A DNA stretch of 63,663 nucleotides, filler included, from Olpidium bornovanus S191 (GCA_017911155.1; 28 parts of 28 records of this genome joined end to end with filler, not necessarily neighbours in it), one strand, 5' to 3'. Positions 23,646 to 40,575 are shown, counted from the whole stretch's first letter. Notes: generated by a model not told the origin, from the sequence alone. Program-made: numbers and translations.

Positions 23646-25055
23646 TTTGAGTTGGCGTGATGTGTAAGAGTGTGGTGTTTGGAGAAAAGAAGTGTGTGTG
23701 TTGTGAGAAGGAGAAAAATGGGAAGCGCAAACGTCTCGGCGGCAAGCCGCGGGTTTTTTTATGCTCGGCGGGGGTAGGGCCTTGGAGCGGGGCAGCTGCG
23801 GGGAGTTGTCGGTTTAGCCTGCCGGGTGCGCAACTCCGGGAACGTGCCCACGCGGGAAGACCGCGTTCCTTCTAATTTCCGATTTCCGGGCCACCGTGGA
23901 AAATAATATCGAGCGCAGAGGGGCCTTTTCCCCGCGTGCTTTAAATTATCCGGGCTCCCGCGGAAAATAATCCCGCGCGTGGGCAGAACCCCCCTTTTTT
24001 CGTGTTTTTTTTTTTTTTTTTTTTGCGCCCGCCGGAGTGGGGGTGTCGGGGGGAACCACCCCCCTTGGAAACTGATCAGTGAAGAAAAACGCGAACACCG
24101 GGCAGCTCCTCCTTTGGAAGGGCAACAACGGGTCAGGCAAGGGGAGAGCTCCAGGGGCGGCCCCTTCTGGATCGGAACCTCCTCTTCAAAGCTCAGGGGA
24201 CATGGAGCGGGGCAGAAGGGCCCCCCTTGAAAATTGGCCAATGAAAACCCGAATAAACGGCAACATGGGCCTTTTTCCCTTTTCAGGGTTCAACTAAGCA
24301 TCGCTTACAACATGCATCTCACATCTTGAATTTTATGCTATGTTTTTCACGGAAAATACCAGCAATTTGCCACACGCATTTTAGATAATTGTGTGAATGC
24401 CTGCAACTTGTTTTCGGCTGCTTAAAAAAANNNNNNNNNNNNNNNNNNNNNNNNNNNNNNNNNNNNNNNNNNNNTTAATTAATTAANNNNNNNNNNNNNN
24501 NNNNNNNNNNNNNNNNNNNNNNNNNNNNNNACGCCGCGCACCCCTTGCGTCACCTGTGCGCGCCTTTGACCGCAGCTTACGTTCCAGAGAATTTGCCGGC
24601 GACACGGACCGCGCCGGCGCGGTAGCTCCGGCGCGTTATATGTCCTTCATGAACGGGTGCAGTATTGATGCCGTCAAGCCGCCACGCGGGCCAGAGCTCG
24701 CAACCGCGTTTTTTTCCGAGTGTACAACGCGTAACGCCCGCCGTGTCCCGGAAACGGGCCCGGCGGCAACATCCACTTTCCTCGCGGAGCACGCCGAACG
24801 CGCGCACGCCAAATCACGCCGAAACGCACTGCGCCGCCAGCACCCTGTTCCTCGTGGCGGGGGGGAGGGGAGGGGGGGGGCACGGTGGCCTCCTTCCTCC
24901 TCGGGAGGCGCGCAGTTTGGGACGCTCTTCCCCCCGAGCGGTCTCGGGTGCCACGAACCCCCGGCCCTAGCGTAACGGCCAATATCACACGGGCTTCGGG
25001 CGCATTTTTTATTGTCACAGGCGGCGGGGTAAAAGGGGAGAGGGACGCGAGGACG

Positions 25056-25128
<73 letters not shown>

Positions 25129-25325
25129 GCGCGCGCCTCGCACTCTGGAAACCGGGGGCAGAGAAAGAGAGAGCGACAAGAACTTGCGGGAGAGCGAAGG
25201 GAAAAACCAGAAGAAAGCAAAGGAAAGACACGCCGCGACCGCGTCGCTTCCTCCGCGAGCATCGCCCCGGAGAAAGAGCGCGAGCTCGAAGAAGCCGGCG
25301 CAGGACGCGGAGGGCGAAACGCGCC

Positions 25326-27945
25326 ATGGCCATCGAAACAACCACCGCGCCGCCCCTGGCGCCCGCCCTCCCGGCCGCGCCGGCGGGTGCTGCGGCGTCT
25401 TCCCCCGCGGCGCCGCCGCGCGCCGCGTCGTCTTTCGCCACTTCTCTCAAGGACCGCCTCAAGCGCACCAGCAGTTTTGTTGCTACCGGAGGCGGCGGCG
25501 GCGCCGGCTGCACCACCTTGGACCCGACGATCGTTGGTGGCGGCCCCCCGGTCGAAACCGACGTCCCTCCGGCGCAGCCCGCCGGCAAGGACGACGTGTG
25601 GTCCCTCCTCTCCCTTCGCTGCCGGGCTTGGAAATTGCTGGTGAAGACCCTCATCGTCTACTTCAACAACATCGCGGACGTCCAGGATGCCTCCGCTCGC
25701 GGATACGCCAAAGCCGCCGGCGTCCTCGTCTCGCCCCAGAATTTTGCCGGCGGTCACTTTATCGAGGTTCACGATCCCGCCAAACGGCGCGGCGGAGCAC
25801 CTCCCGGCGGAATCCTGGCAAGTTTCGCCTACCTGTATGACGCGGCGGTTCCTGGCAGTTCACGTTTCCCCAACCCCTTTCGACGGCCCCCGAGGCCTGT
25901 ACTCTGGCCGCGTGACGCGGCACGCGGCTGTCGGTGCCCTGCGACCGCTCGAAAAGGATCTTTCTTGCTGTCCACGCGCGGCGCGGCTTGGGGCGGGCGT
26001 TGGAGTAGTGCAAACTCGTATTCGCCCCCGACCAGTTCGCGTCTCTTTATTTTTCCAGAGCGGCGACCGGCACACTGGCCGTTGTGGCGTTCTTACCCCC
26101 CCCCCCTCTATCCCCCCCTCTCTCCCTCCCTCCTCCCTTCCTCGGCTTAGGCGGTGCTCCACGGCCTTCACCACACGACAAAGATGTTCGCGGAAGAAGA
26201 TGCGCGGTGCTCTAACGTGCTTGTGGAAAACGCGATAAATACCCTGGATCGCCTTAAGAAGCAGATGAAGATGCGTGGCGATGAACTTGCCAACGAAAGT
26301 CGTTCGAGCGCCACCCAGATGGAGCGCATGCGCGAACTGACGAAGAAGAGATTTGTTGAGCTCGGCAGGGCCATCGACACGTTCAAATACCAGCCTAGTG
26401 CCGATTGCCTTGATCCCTGGCTGGCGAACCACGGTGAGCATAAAACTGTATTCCCGAGTTTGCGACTCACACGTCGTGGCTTGTCGATCTTTTCTGCCGG
26501 CACTGACGCGTTTCGGAGTGCTGGGAAATCTTGCTATTTCATCGTGTAAATTTTTGAGGCGTTGATACCGCTGCCTTTTCGGTTTTCCCAATGAAGCCGT
26601 TCGCGTCCAGCTCAACAACCAACTCAGCGCGGAGCGCGACTACCATGCCGCTGCGGCTTCGGCTCTGCACGCGTTCGCCGACTTTGAGAAGAACGTGATC
26701 GTTCGTGACGTTCGCGCCGTCATGTCGACCTTCGCGTCCAACTACGGCAGCCCCACGTCGTCCGCGGCGGCAGAGGTGCAGGCCGCGGTGGCGGCCATGC
26801 AGGCATCGGTCGAGAACCTGGCGGAGGACGCGGAGTGGAACGCATTTCTGGCGGGAAACGGCTCCCGTTTAGTTTCGATCCGCGAAACAGTTCCTGCCCT
26901 TGGCGACGTACCGTACGAACACCGTGACGACGAGCTCTGCCGTGCCGTCCGCCACGGGGCTCTCGAGCGCAAGCGCTTTGGGGGGAGGAAGCAGGAAGTT
27001 TGGGTGCTTACCCCCGGAGGCTGGATGCACAGCTGTAGGTTCAACCGACCGCGAACACAGCGGCGTTTCCAGTGATAATAATAATTTCTTACTCTTGCGA
27101 ACTCTACACTTTGTACCGATACCTTTCCAGTCCCGACTGGCGATCTTCTCGCCCATGCGACTCCGGAGAAATCGATTTATGTATGGTGATTTCCGGATGA
27201 TTTCGGTTCCGTTTGTAATGCGCAGCCGTTTTCGACTACTCAATCCGCTGCTGTTCGTCAGGTCGCCGGCTCGCAACTTCACCCCCCGCACGCCGTCTCC
27301 GAGAGTCGCCCTCGCGAGTTTTCCCTGCTGGAAAAGGGCAAGGGCGGAGCGTTTCACCTGTCCGAACACCGCTATCGTCTCCGCGCGGCTAATCACGACG
27401 ACGCCGCTAGCTGGTGGAAAGCCCTGAGTCAATTTGCCCGCACGGCTCCGTTCGCGGAGGCACAGCGTCCTCCCAAGGTTGACGCAGGCGACAACGTCAA
27501 GTCAGAGCAGTGCAAGGAAGTCCCCGCGGCCCATGTTGCGGCCAGCGAAGAAGCCGCCCGGCTCCCGGAAACCACGGAGGAGCCCAAGGTCGAGGAGCTT
27601 GGAGTTCAGGAGAAAAAGACCGAAGAATATGGGCCCGAAACGGATAACGCCCCTCGTGCGACGAAACAGGAAGTCGTCGGATCCTCAGGCAACGACGGCG
27701 GTAACTTTACCGGCGGCACGGGCGGCGCAGCCGCGGCCGATCCTCTTCAACTGCCCACTTCGCCCACAGCCGCACCGCCCGCCGAGGTTGCCGCCACGTT
27801 GACGAATTCCGCACCCGTCGACGCCCCTCCTCAGCTCGCCGTCGGCTCTTCCCGGCCCGTTGACGGCCCATCCGAGCCCGTTGCCGTCCTGCCGACTTCC
27901 GCCGGCGTCGAGCCCACCGCAACAACGGCGGAGCCGGCTCGCTGA
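25326..27945 (+). CDS. SLM1: SLM1/SLM2-like BAR-PH domain protein, multi-exon, apparently complete
   Basis: Helical region LRCRAWKLLVKTLIVYF...DPWLANH...EWNAFL, then PH-like VRHGALERK...VWVLTPGGWMH and PEKSIY, and an Ala/Pro/Glu-rich tail ending TGA at 27945. Confidence 0.72.
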
Positions 27946-28442
27946 CGCCTTCGGGCGCGCACCCGCCGCGGATCTGGTGACGATCGCAGAATCTGCGGTT
28001 CCGCTGCGATTCAGGAAAGCGCGCTTCCTACCCGCGCGCCGGGTTCCCCGCTTATTTTGCACAGGGACGGCCCAAGGGTCTCTTTGTCAATATTTTTTTT
28101 TTCTTCATCTCCGCCACTTCATCTTCCATGCGCAGATCCAACCCATATATTTCCATTTTCTCTATCGGAATTTCTTTGTTGTTGTCGCCGAGTTGTTTTT
28201 GCAGAGCGGTAGATCACCCTGACCGCCGATGTTATTTTCCCCCCTCCCACGCAAAGTCACCTCACGCGAACTTATCCCGTCATCGAGAGCTAATCGCTAA
28301 TCTCCCCTCACCCGCCCCCCCCCCCCCCCCCCCACGCGGCCCNNNNNNNNNNNNNNNNNNNNNNNNNNNNNNNNNNNNNNNNNNNNTTAATTAATTAANN
28401 NNNNNNNNNNNNNNNNNNNNNNNNNNNNNNNNNNNNNNNNNN

Positions 28443-31627
<3,185 letters not shown>

Positions 31628-32073
31628 CCTTAACGGGGCGCTAACTGTTTAGATTTGGAAGAGTTCACCCGCTGCAGGAGCAGAGAAAAAAAAAGAACGA
31701 AAAAAAAAGAATAAGAAAAGAAAGAAGCGACTGGCGTGAAGGCGAAGGGAAAAATCGGGGGCAATTGGGGGGGTGCGCTGGGCGTGCGCGAGTCTCGGGG
31801 ATCCGCCCCCGTAATCCCGCCAGACGCGGTTTTCCAAGGGTGCCGCGAACAATACGGGCAAAAGCGAGACTTCGTGTGGAGCCCTCCTTCTGTTGTCTTC
31901 CCCTCCTCCTCGCCAAAGGGGACCGCATGGCTCCAAGGTTTTGCCCGTCACGAGGTGCGCGTGGTATTCGCCGTCGCTCCCGTTCCACTCGCGTTAACCC
32001 GCCAGCGGCAGGCGGACTCCTCACCTCTGCGGCCTTTTCCCGCCGGCGGCTGTCGCCCTGTCGATCTCCGCAG

Positions 32074-32077
<4 letters not shown>

Positions 32078-32130
<53 letters not shown>
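32078..32130. repeat. (CT)n microsatellite at the contig end
   Basis: Direct inspection. Confidence 0.9.
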
Positions 32131-32279
32131 NNNNNNNNNNNNNNNNNNNNNNNNNNNNNNNNNNNNNNNNNNNNTTAATTAATTAANNNNNNNNNNNNNN
32201 NNNNNNNNNNNNNNNNNNNNNNNNNNNNNNCATGATCTCGCGGTAGGTCAAGGGTTGACCGTGGTTCTTTGATGGTCTC

Positions 32280-32780
32280 AATTGTCAGGTTTGTAAATTG
32301 GCGTTCAGCGATCAGCGCGTCATACCTTTCCACAATGTCATCTGTCCGGAGATTCTAAAGTCGGTACCTTTTGGTGGGAGTCACTATACTCAACAACAAC
32401 GAACTTTTCCACTGCTGGATGTAGTTTGGAACGTCGAAACTTCCAAACGCGAGAGTACGCATACGCACCGACCACTCACAGGTGTGAGAGACCAGATTTA
32501 TAATGGCGGGGGTTGGGCCAATCACCGAGATCGGCAAATTGCCGTTAAACGCGTGTGGATTACAATCGTACACAAAAACAATAGCTTTTTAAAATTTAGG
32601 TTGAAGAGATGGAAGTAGATGTGATTGATGCGAGACTGCTTGCACGTGTTCTTTAATGGTCGTGTTGACTCGTTCGGCTACATCATTTTGTTCTGGCTTA
32701 TCACAAACAATAAGTTGGGATTGTACACCGTGGTCGTCAAAAAATTGTTTGTAATCTCCGCTGTCATACCCAAAGCCACA
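32280..32780 (-). pseudogene. Decayed copia integrase core and downstream region
   Basis: SDCGFGYDSGDYKQFFDDHGVQSQLIVCDKPEQNDVAERVNTTIKE is an eroded SDNGGEY...PEQNGVAER motif. Downstream KRYRL*NLRTDDIVER is also present, with stops and frameshifts. Confidence 0.82.
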
Positions 32781-33462
32781 GTCGGAACTGTAAGATTTTG
32801 AGAGGTTGCCCTGTGATGTTTTTAAGACGTATTGAGGTCTTATGGACCAAGGTGGGTGTAATTGAGAAGCATTCATCGGGGTCCGGCATGCACTCATCGA
32901 AAAGTAGAGGTTACTTTGGTCGATATAAGTGACAATCGCAATAATCACCCCATCTTTTTGACGGACGCCGACGGGCGACGGCCGATGCGGAACGGCCGAC
33001 GTGCGATGACTGACGATGAGCGAAAGCGGGTGGGGGGGTTGCGGTGACGGCACGCAACCGCAAAAAGGATTGTGCGGCGGGAAACGCAAGGGCCGGGATC
33101 GGGCGCCGTGTGAAAGGCGAAAGCAGCGATGATGCGAGGGCGTGGGCTGGACGGCCGAACGGGACGGCAAACGCCGAGCCGGAGGAATTGGAAACACGCA
33201 AGCGGCGGTGAAACAAGAGTGCCCGGGGGGGTGTGTGGCCCTGGCGCGGGCCGCAGAGTACGTCGCGGGTGGCCCGAGGGCGGGAGGGGGCGGGGGGGGA
33301 AATGCGGGCCGGACGGGAGGGGGGCAGGGGAAAAGGGGGCTGGCTCTCCCGCCCTTTTAATTATTATTACTACTTTTTTTTTTTTGTTTCGTCCACCCGC
33401 TAACCCGCTCTCCCTCTCTGTGTCACTCTCTCTCTCTCTGCTTGTGCACACAACATGATTGG

Positions 33463-33465
<3 letters not shown>

Positions 33466-33505
<40 letters not shown>

Positions 33506-33657
33506 ACACACACACAAACACACTCACACTCACACACTCACACACACACAAACACACTCACACTCACACACTCACACACACACACACTCACACAGTCACT
33601 CACACAGTCACTCACTCACACACACACACACACTCACTCACTCACTCACTCACTCAC
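33466..33657. repeat. Compound (CA)n/(CACT)n microsatellite
   Basis: Direct inspection. Confidence 0.92.
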
Positions 33658-33829
33658 CCCGTCCCGGCCCGCCCCCCAAAAACGCTAAAAGCCTTCTTCT
33701 CCCGGGCGAGAAGCTGCGCGAGAGAGAGAGAGAGAGAGCAGCAGTGGTCGCACGGCCGCAGTCGAACGTCTCCTCCCCCCCCCCCCGCCCCGCCCCGCCC
33801 CGCGCAACAGCTGCCGCGCGGCGGCGCGG

Positions 33830-34100
33830 ATGATGTCGTACCGCTCGTCGAGGGGCCCTGGTGCCGGGGGAGGAGGAGGAGGCGGAGGAGGAGGGGGAGC
33901 GGGAGGGGGCCACGGGAGGTATTCTGACGGCGGCAAGGGGCCGGCTTCCGCGCCGCCCGGCTCAATCGGGAGGGAGGAGCTCGAGAAATACAGAGGTACG
34001 GGGCACCCGCCCGGGACGGAACTCGGCCCCGGCCCCTCGAGCGCGGTGAGCCCTCGGCGGCGGCCGCTCTTTGGCCCGTGGGAAAAGGGGCAGGAAGGGG

Positions 34101-34150
<50 letters not shown>

Positions 34151-35454
34151 AAAAACCCGGGGAGGGGGAAACCCAAAATTTTTTTTTTTTTTTTTTTTTT
34201 TTTTGCTCACGTCGCGCGACTCCGCCTCGGAACCCGCGCTTTCCTTTTTTTTTTGGTCTCCCAGGGCTTGGGTTCTCAGAAAAGGACTGGAAATGCACGC
34301 TGTGAGTAAACTTGTGGGGCAGGAAGCGTTTTTTTTTTTTTTGCCGGGAAACCGCCGCTGGCCTCCTGCAGACTTACGCGTGCAGTTAAACTGTTGTTGC
34401 GCGGTTGGTCTCTAGTTGCGGCAACATCAACTGGGCCCGGCGGACGCAGTGGTATGTCGAGGGTTGGGCGCGAAGCCGCGGGTACTATGTCGCGAAAGCG
34501 TTAGATTCCCTGCCTGCCAGGAGAGAGCGCAGTTGGGCGTTCACCTGAAAGCGAATTCGCGGCCCGTCTGTACTTTCGACTTTCAGCAACACCTGCCAGA
34601 CGGCAAAGCCCGGTGCTGAGTCTGCGGAGGGCGCCCGCCAGGGCCGGGGCGGAGGTTTCATGGAGAGGGAAGAAGTCGTAGAATACCGCAAGTCCGCCAG
34701 AGACGACGACGACATTTGGGACGAGTTTGGTCGGCTAAAGAAGAAGAAGAAACAGTCTGGTGATGTCGAAGAGGGCCGCGGCGGGAATAGCGCCGCTGAG
34801 CCCACTCGCAGAATCGAAGCTCCCGACGCGTCGCGTCCTGAAGTGCGGAGGGTCAAGTCTGCGGGAGACGAAGGCGACGGCGAAGACGATGACGACGATG
34901 ACGGGGAGGATGACGGCCGCTGGGCTGCATGGGACGATATCATTTCTGGAGGAGAGGCCGCCGCTGCGGGAGGCAAGGAGGGCGCCGAAGTTGCCGGCAA
35001 CTCCAAGGAACAAAACACGGCGGAAACCCGGAAAAGCCGAGAGGAAAACAGCGGGAGCAGAGGGGGTCCTCCGTCGCCGCGGCGGCGGCTCCGTTCGCGT
35101 TCGAGGACGCCACCACGCCACCGCCGGGATTCGTTGTCTCCGCGCCGACCGCGTCCGCGGACGCGGTCCCCGTCGCCCGGGCGCCGCCGTTACGAGCCCG
35201 AACGCTCCTCGTCTTCTCGGCGCGGCCGGCGCTCCGTTCGATCCAGATCGGCCACACCGCGCTCCAGATCACCTCCCGGAAACGGGGACCGCCACAACGA
35301 CCGCTTCCGCAGACGACCGTCTTCTTCCCCGCGTCGTCCTCGCTCTCCGTCCCCGTTCGGCAGACATAATGCCCGTCACAGAGACCGCACAAGGTCCCGG
35401 TCACCGTACGACCGGAGGGGCAACTACGACCGCTCTTATCCGAGGCGTAGATAG
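33830..35454 (+). CDS. ZRANB2: ZRANB2-like SR-related splicing factor with one RanBP2-type zinc finger and an RS-rich tail; exons 33830-33995, 34280-34301, 34416-34451, 34587-35454
   Basis: The spliced product reads DWKCTLCGNINWARRTQCNTC...GGGFMEREEVVEY...DEFGRLKKKK, then acidic and RS/RP-rich regions. This is collinear with my recollection of human ZRANB2 finger 2 and its linker (NWARRSECNMC...GGGFNERENVEY...DEFGRKKKK). Confidence 0.85.
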
Positions 35455-35833
35455 CGTAATGCCGACGCTCCGGCAACCGTACAAAAGGAAGTGATGTTTT
35501 GTGTTACCGTTACAATTTTCGACGTTTGGCGAGCGTCCTAGGTCGAATGGAGTTCAAAAATGGACGACGGCACCTGCCAAGCCTGCGCGGTTGCGCCGGC
35601 TCCGAGCGATTTGGATAGGAGGAGGAGGTACGGGCGGTTCCTCACTTGCCGACTGGCCGTGTGTTGGGGTTCGCGCAAATTTTTGAACAAGAGCGGGCGT
35701 TGAAGGTGTGCGCGCGGGAGTTGCCGGAGGGCGCGCGCCACGGGCCGACTGGGCGCCGTCATCCGGAAGCGCGCCAACGGGAGGCTTTTTCGACGGGGCT
35801 GCCTGCGTCGACAGCGCGCGGGGGGGGGGGGGG

Positions 35834-35874
<41 letters not shown>

Positions 35875-36181
35875 AGGATCCTGCCGGAGGCGATGTTTAG
35901 CACAGGCGCCGATCTAGAAGTTGTCGACGTGGGACCAAGAGGCAAGTTTGGCTGCTACGCCATGCGGAGAAGCGCCAGTGGGGGGTCACTCTGTCTGTCG
36001 AGGCTCGTGAAGGCGATTCAGCATCAAACTGGATGACACGCCTCGAGCGAACGGCAGACGCATTTTTATCAGGAGAGCAGGNNNNNNNNNNNNNNNNNNN
36101 NNNNNNNNNNNNNNNNNNNNNNNNNTTAATTAATTAANNNNNNNNNNNNNNNNNNNNNNNNNNNNNNNNNNNNNNNNNNNN

Positions 36182-37250
36182 CATGGAGGCGCCTGACTTA
36201 AGCGGACGGCAGTTGCCGGTCCGCATCATTTTATTGGTGAATGCGAAACAGCGTGGAACGCCGGAAGGAGCGGGCGAGTGTGACGCCAAGGAATCGTAAC
36301 GAGCGATTACGTCTTGGGGAATCTCTCGTAAGATGCTGAGCCGAGCTCTGGGGACAGACGTCGAGCACCCGCGCAAGGATATTTAAGCTACTCTTAGACA
36401 GCATTTCTAGAACGTGTTCATGTGCTTTGAATGAATTAAGGCTTCCCACCCGCAACGCATTACAGCGGCATGCGACGTTGCCGAACAGTTTATTGCCACC
36501 ACAGTCAACCGAGAATCTCAAAAATCGAGGATAATGGCATCAGTAGTTAGTAGGACAAACTTTGGCCCTCTGCCACAGTTTTTCAAAGACGGCGGGCTGG
36601 ACTGCGGCCTCAGAGAAAACAGCCCGGCACGACCGACGGCTGTACAATACAGAGACACCAGCGCAGTGCCAATTGCGCTCCTGTCCGTAGGCGTGGTAGA
36701 AAACATTCGACCTGTTTATTTGCGCTGGTTCCGCTGCTTTTTTTCAAGGCAATGCTACAATCTGGTTGGCCTAAATCTTGTCTTCTTGTTTACCGTTCAA
36801 GGACGGCGCGCCAACTTTCCAATGTAGATTAGAAATTACAGTCCGCCATCCCCTAAAATCTGTGCGCGGTCGACGCTCGTTTTTATTTGGCATTCAGGCC
36901 TGTGAAGATTACCGGGAGGAAGCACCTTTGGGGAACATGTTTTAAATCACCCGTCCGTCGTCAGCTGCCGATTATTAACCAAACGTCACCCACGAGTCTG
37001 CCCAACCCCATCGCGGCCGCGCTGAGATTGAGATGTAGAGACTGTTCATATGGTTCAAGAGTCAAAAGAGGAAATGCAGGTGAAGAGGCTGACAACGTGG
37101 TGCCAGAGCCGAATCTTAGTCGTGCTGAGAAAACGTGCCCTTGATCAGGCCATCCCATTTTCGGACCTTGGAAAGGAGAACCATAGGCTGGTTCACAAAG
37201 TCCTCTGTGACACGCAGGCTACAAAAAGGCCTTTTAGCAAAGTAGTATAA
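36182..37250 (-). CDS. Unidentified probable coding exons
   Basis: Protein-like stretches (HEHVLEMLSKSSLNILARVLDV; SCRAVFSEAAVQPAVFEKLWQRAK) lie near plausible splice signals, but no family was recognised. Confidence 0.25.
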
Positions 37251-37939
37251 CTCACATTTTTTTTGCACCCACCAATCTATTTATTCGATAGCAGTTAGAA
37301 AAGAATTCTTCAGCCTTCAAAAAAAGTATAATGGCCAAAAGATGTATACAGTTTGCATCTGTGCACTTCATTAGCGAACACTGGTCGTCAACGCGAAATT
37401 TATGCCTCGCGGGCGGTTATGCTTCAGCGGAGGGAGGACTACAGAAATCCTAGACAACGTTCGTTGTTGACTTCAGTGCGGGAAAGGAGCGGAGCACAAA
37501 ATAGATCTCAGAAAAAAAAAAGGCGCCCCTGGCGCTACCTCTCAGGAAAGAAGCTCGAGATCTCCTCCGAGGCGCGCGCGTGTGTTGTGTGCCCGAGTGT
37601 GCTATTTCGGGCGGGCAGGGAAATTCGGCGGGGGTGTCGGCGGTGATGCGGGACTTCTTTTTTTTTTGGTGGGGGGGGGGATGTTGTTTCCCCCCGCCCG
37701 CATGTGAAGCGCGCGCCGCCCGCCTTCGCTCCGTCCCGCGCTTACCGCGCCGGCCCCCATTCCTCCACACGCAGCCCCTCCCCCGCCCCTAACCGTCCAA
37801 CGTCGTCGGCCTGTACCCCAGTCCTGTCCCTCTCTTCCCCACACCCCCCCATCCACACCCGCCATCCCTTTTCGTCAGGAGCGGGCAGCGACCGCCGATC
37901 GCCCCGAGAGGAGACGTTGCTGAAGTGCGCAAAAACAAC

Positions 37940-38068
37940 ATGGCTGATCTGGCCGCCCCTGGCTCCTTCGTCGACCCGGACGACCCCGGCGACCAGCCCG
38001 CGCCGGCGAGGCCCGGTGACAGCGTGCCTCAGCAGTACTCGGGCGCTTTCATGCAGTTTCTCAAAACG
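37940..38068 (+). CDS. First exon of a short oxysterol-binding protein (Osh4-7/Kes1 type)
   Basis: MADLAAPGSFVDPDD...VPQQYSGAFMQFLKT followed by a GT donor. It resembles the 'W/F..FLK(S/T)IASF.GDLS' N-terminal lid of Kes1-type proteins. Confidence 0.55.
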
Positions 38069-38122
38069 GTCGGTGCCGCTCGCCCCCCGCCCTTTCCCTC
38101 CTCTTTAAATGCCCTCCAACCG

Positions 38123-38157
<35 letters not shown>

Positions 38158-38274
38158 ACCAGCCCCCCCCCCCCNNNNNNNNNNNNNNNNNNNNNNNNNN
38201 NNNNNNNNNNNNNNNNNNTTAATTAATTAANNNNNNNNNNNNNNNNNNNNNNNNNNNNNNNNNNNNNNNNNNNN

Positions 38275-39833
38275 CATGTTCGCCAGCGCGGCGCCGACAT
38301 ACAGCGGCAGCAGGAGGACCGTGAACATCGGGAAAGGCATCTTCGTCACGTGGGCGAGGATGATCTTCGTCTGCGATGGAGGTTCGGAAGTCACGGAACG
38401 GTCGTCAGCCCCGTGAGCCCCCGTGGAGCGCCGGCTCTTCCTTCCAGTCCCCATCCCCCCGGGCTCACCGCTACACGGCCGAACACGATGCCGACAGTCA
38501 GGGTGAACAAGACGAGGTGATTCTCCCGCGCGACGGAGGCTGGGGCAGCCAGCCACGCCCAGGCGGCGAGGACGTAGGACATCATTGGCGTGAGCTCGAG
38601 AAGCGCGGCGCTAAAGGACTGGCCCTTGCGCAAACAGGCCTTGCGCACCGAGTTGAGCGAGCAGGGGATGTGCAGCAAAAATAACAGGCACATCATGGCA
38701 ACAACCAGGACGTCAACGACCTTCGTGGCCTCGGGGATGAAGGCCGGCATGCTCCGGCCGACGAGGGACCGCACGGGTAGGGTCCATATTTGCGGACCTG
38801 GCAAAAACGATGGTCAGCAAAACGTCCCTGTCGGCCGGGGAAACAATTCAGCTGCGCTCACCCCAAATGCCGGACGCGATCATGAGGAGACACGCAATGA
38901 TTATGCCCTCGGTGGGGCCGTTGACGTAGCCAAGGTACAGCACACCGGTGTGGTACTCCTCCCAGGTAGAGAAATAGAAGGGCAAAGTCGCTGGGCCGGG
39001 CCGAAAGGCCCAAACGTGGGTTTCGTGTGAGCCAAGCGGCAAAATGTCCTTGCGCGGGGCGTCCAAAGGGACCACGCGACGGAAGCGGACGACTTCCCGG
39101 CAACCTTTTCCACTTTTTCGCAAAACTTACTCAGCACGAGGATTCCGAGGGAGTACCACGAGGAGCCGAGACCCATGGCCGCAGCCTGGATTAGAGCGCC
39201 GAACTGAGGTTCGAGCGCGCGGGCGAACGGGGAGCGTCAACCAAAGGCCAAACCGCGCCCGACGGGGGGAAACGGGGCCCGCGTGCCCCCGGGGAAGCGA
39301 CCACTCACGGAGCAGTTCAGGGAGTCGCAGCCGTGGTCGAAGAGCTCCCCGAGCGGGCTGCTGGACTTCGTCCGGCGGGCCTGCTTCCCGTCGACGTTGT
39401 CAAATGTGGAATAGAGCCAGAGGCCGACGGCGAAGCTGAAGTACATCCAGCTCGGCGCCGGACCGATAAGGTCGGGGATGAAGACGACTACCGTCGCCAG
39501 GTTGACAAGGACGAACCCGAGGCCGATCAGAGTGATCAGGTTCGGCCTGGTGTTTGCGGCGCGGCGGCCGGGTGGTTGAACGCGTAGAAGGGTGTCAGGC
39601 AGGGGGGCAGGGCGGGCGCAGGGGGGATTTCGCGTGTGGGTGAAGGGAGGAGGGACGAGACGCGCGCGCGCGCGCACTCACGCCATCCACACGGGGAAAA
39701 GGGTTACGGCCCATTCCCAGTAGTGCCTGAGGAAGTACTTGGTGACGAAGGACCTATCGACTGCGGCGTACTTGTACAGCGCAAGGTTCTCGAGCCCCTG
39801 GCGGCTGACGTGGTCCGAATCCACCCACTGCAT
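38275..39833 (-). CDS. EPT1: Choline/ethanolamine phosphotransferase (CDP-alcohol phosphotransferase), multi-exon, 3' truncated
   Basis: [55 protein letters not shown] (family signature), [21 protein letters not shown] and [14 protein letters not shown]. Confidence 0.93.
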
Positions 39834-40519
39834 GGTTCTTCTTGTTTCCCGCCCGTTCGCGGCGGGCGGCCCACCGCTCGTTTTTCTCCCCGCCCGGCCC
39901 AACCTCGTCCTCCCCCCCACCTCTCTACACTCTCTATTATTACTTTCACTACCCTCTCTCTCTCTAACTCTCTCTCTCTCGAGAGAAAGCGCCGTCCAAG
40001 CCGCGGCCGGGGATTGTCCCGCTTCCTGCGTCGTCCACGCCCCTCCTCGTCCTCGTCCTCGTCCTTCCTCCTTCCTCCTCCTACGCGTTCGTCGCCGCCC
40101 GTGCTTTGAGGCAAACGAAAGAGGGGACGAGAGAGGTGAGACCGGGAGAAGCGGGAAGAGAGCGCGCGGCAGCGGCGCCGTGATTCCCGTGTTTGTTGTT
40201 TTTTCTTTTTTTTCCTTTTTTTTTCACCCCAGGAGCCGCGGGACGCCGCTACGCAGCCGCTTCCGGGTTCGCCGCCAAAGCGGCCAGCCTTTCTGCNNNN
40301 NNNNNNNNNNNNNNNNNNNNNNNNNNNNNNNNNNNNNNNNTTAATTAATTAANNNNNNNNNNNNNNNNNNNNNNNNNNNNNNNNNNNNNNNNNNNNAGCC
40401 CGAGCCAAAAAAGACGCGCAAAAAAAAAAAAAAAAAAAAAAAAAAATAAAAAAAAAAAAAAGGAAGAAAGGGGGGCCCCCACCCCCCCCGGCCCCCCCCC
40501 CCCCCCCCCCGCGGGTGCC

Positions 40520-40575
<56 letters not shown>

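Noticed and set aside
35880-36081. LEVVDVGPRGKFGCYA, weakly SET-domain-like
   Set aside because: It is too short, has no supporting motifs and lies next to a poly-G tract and a gap.
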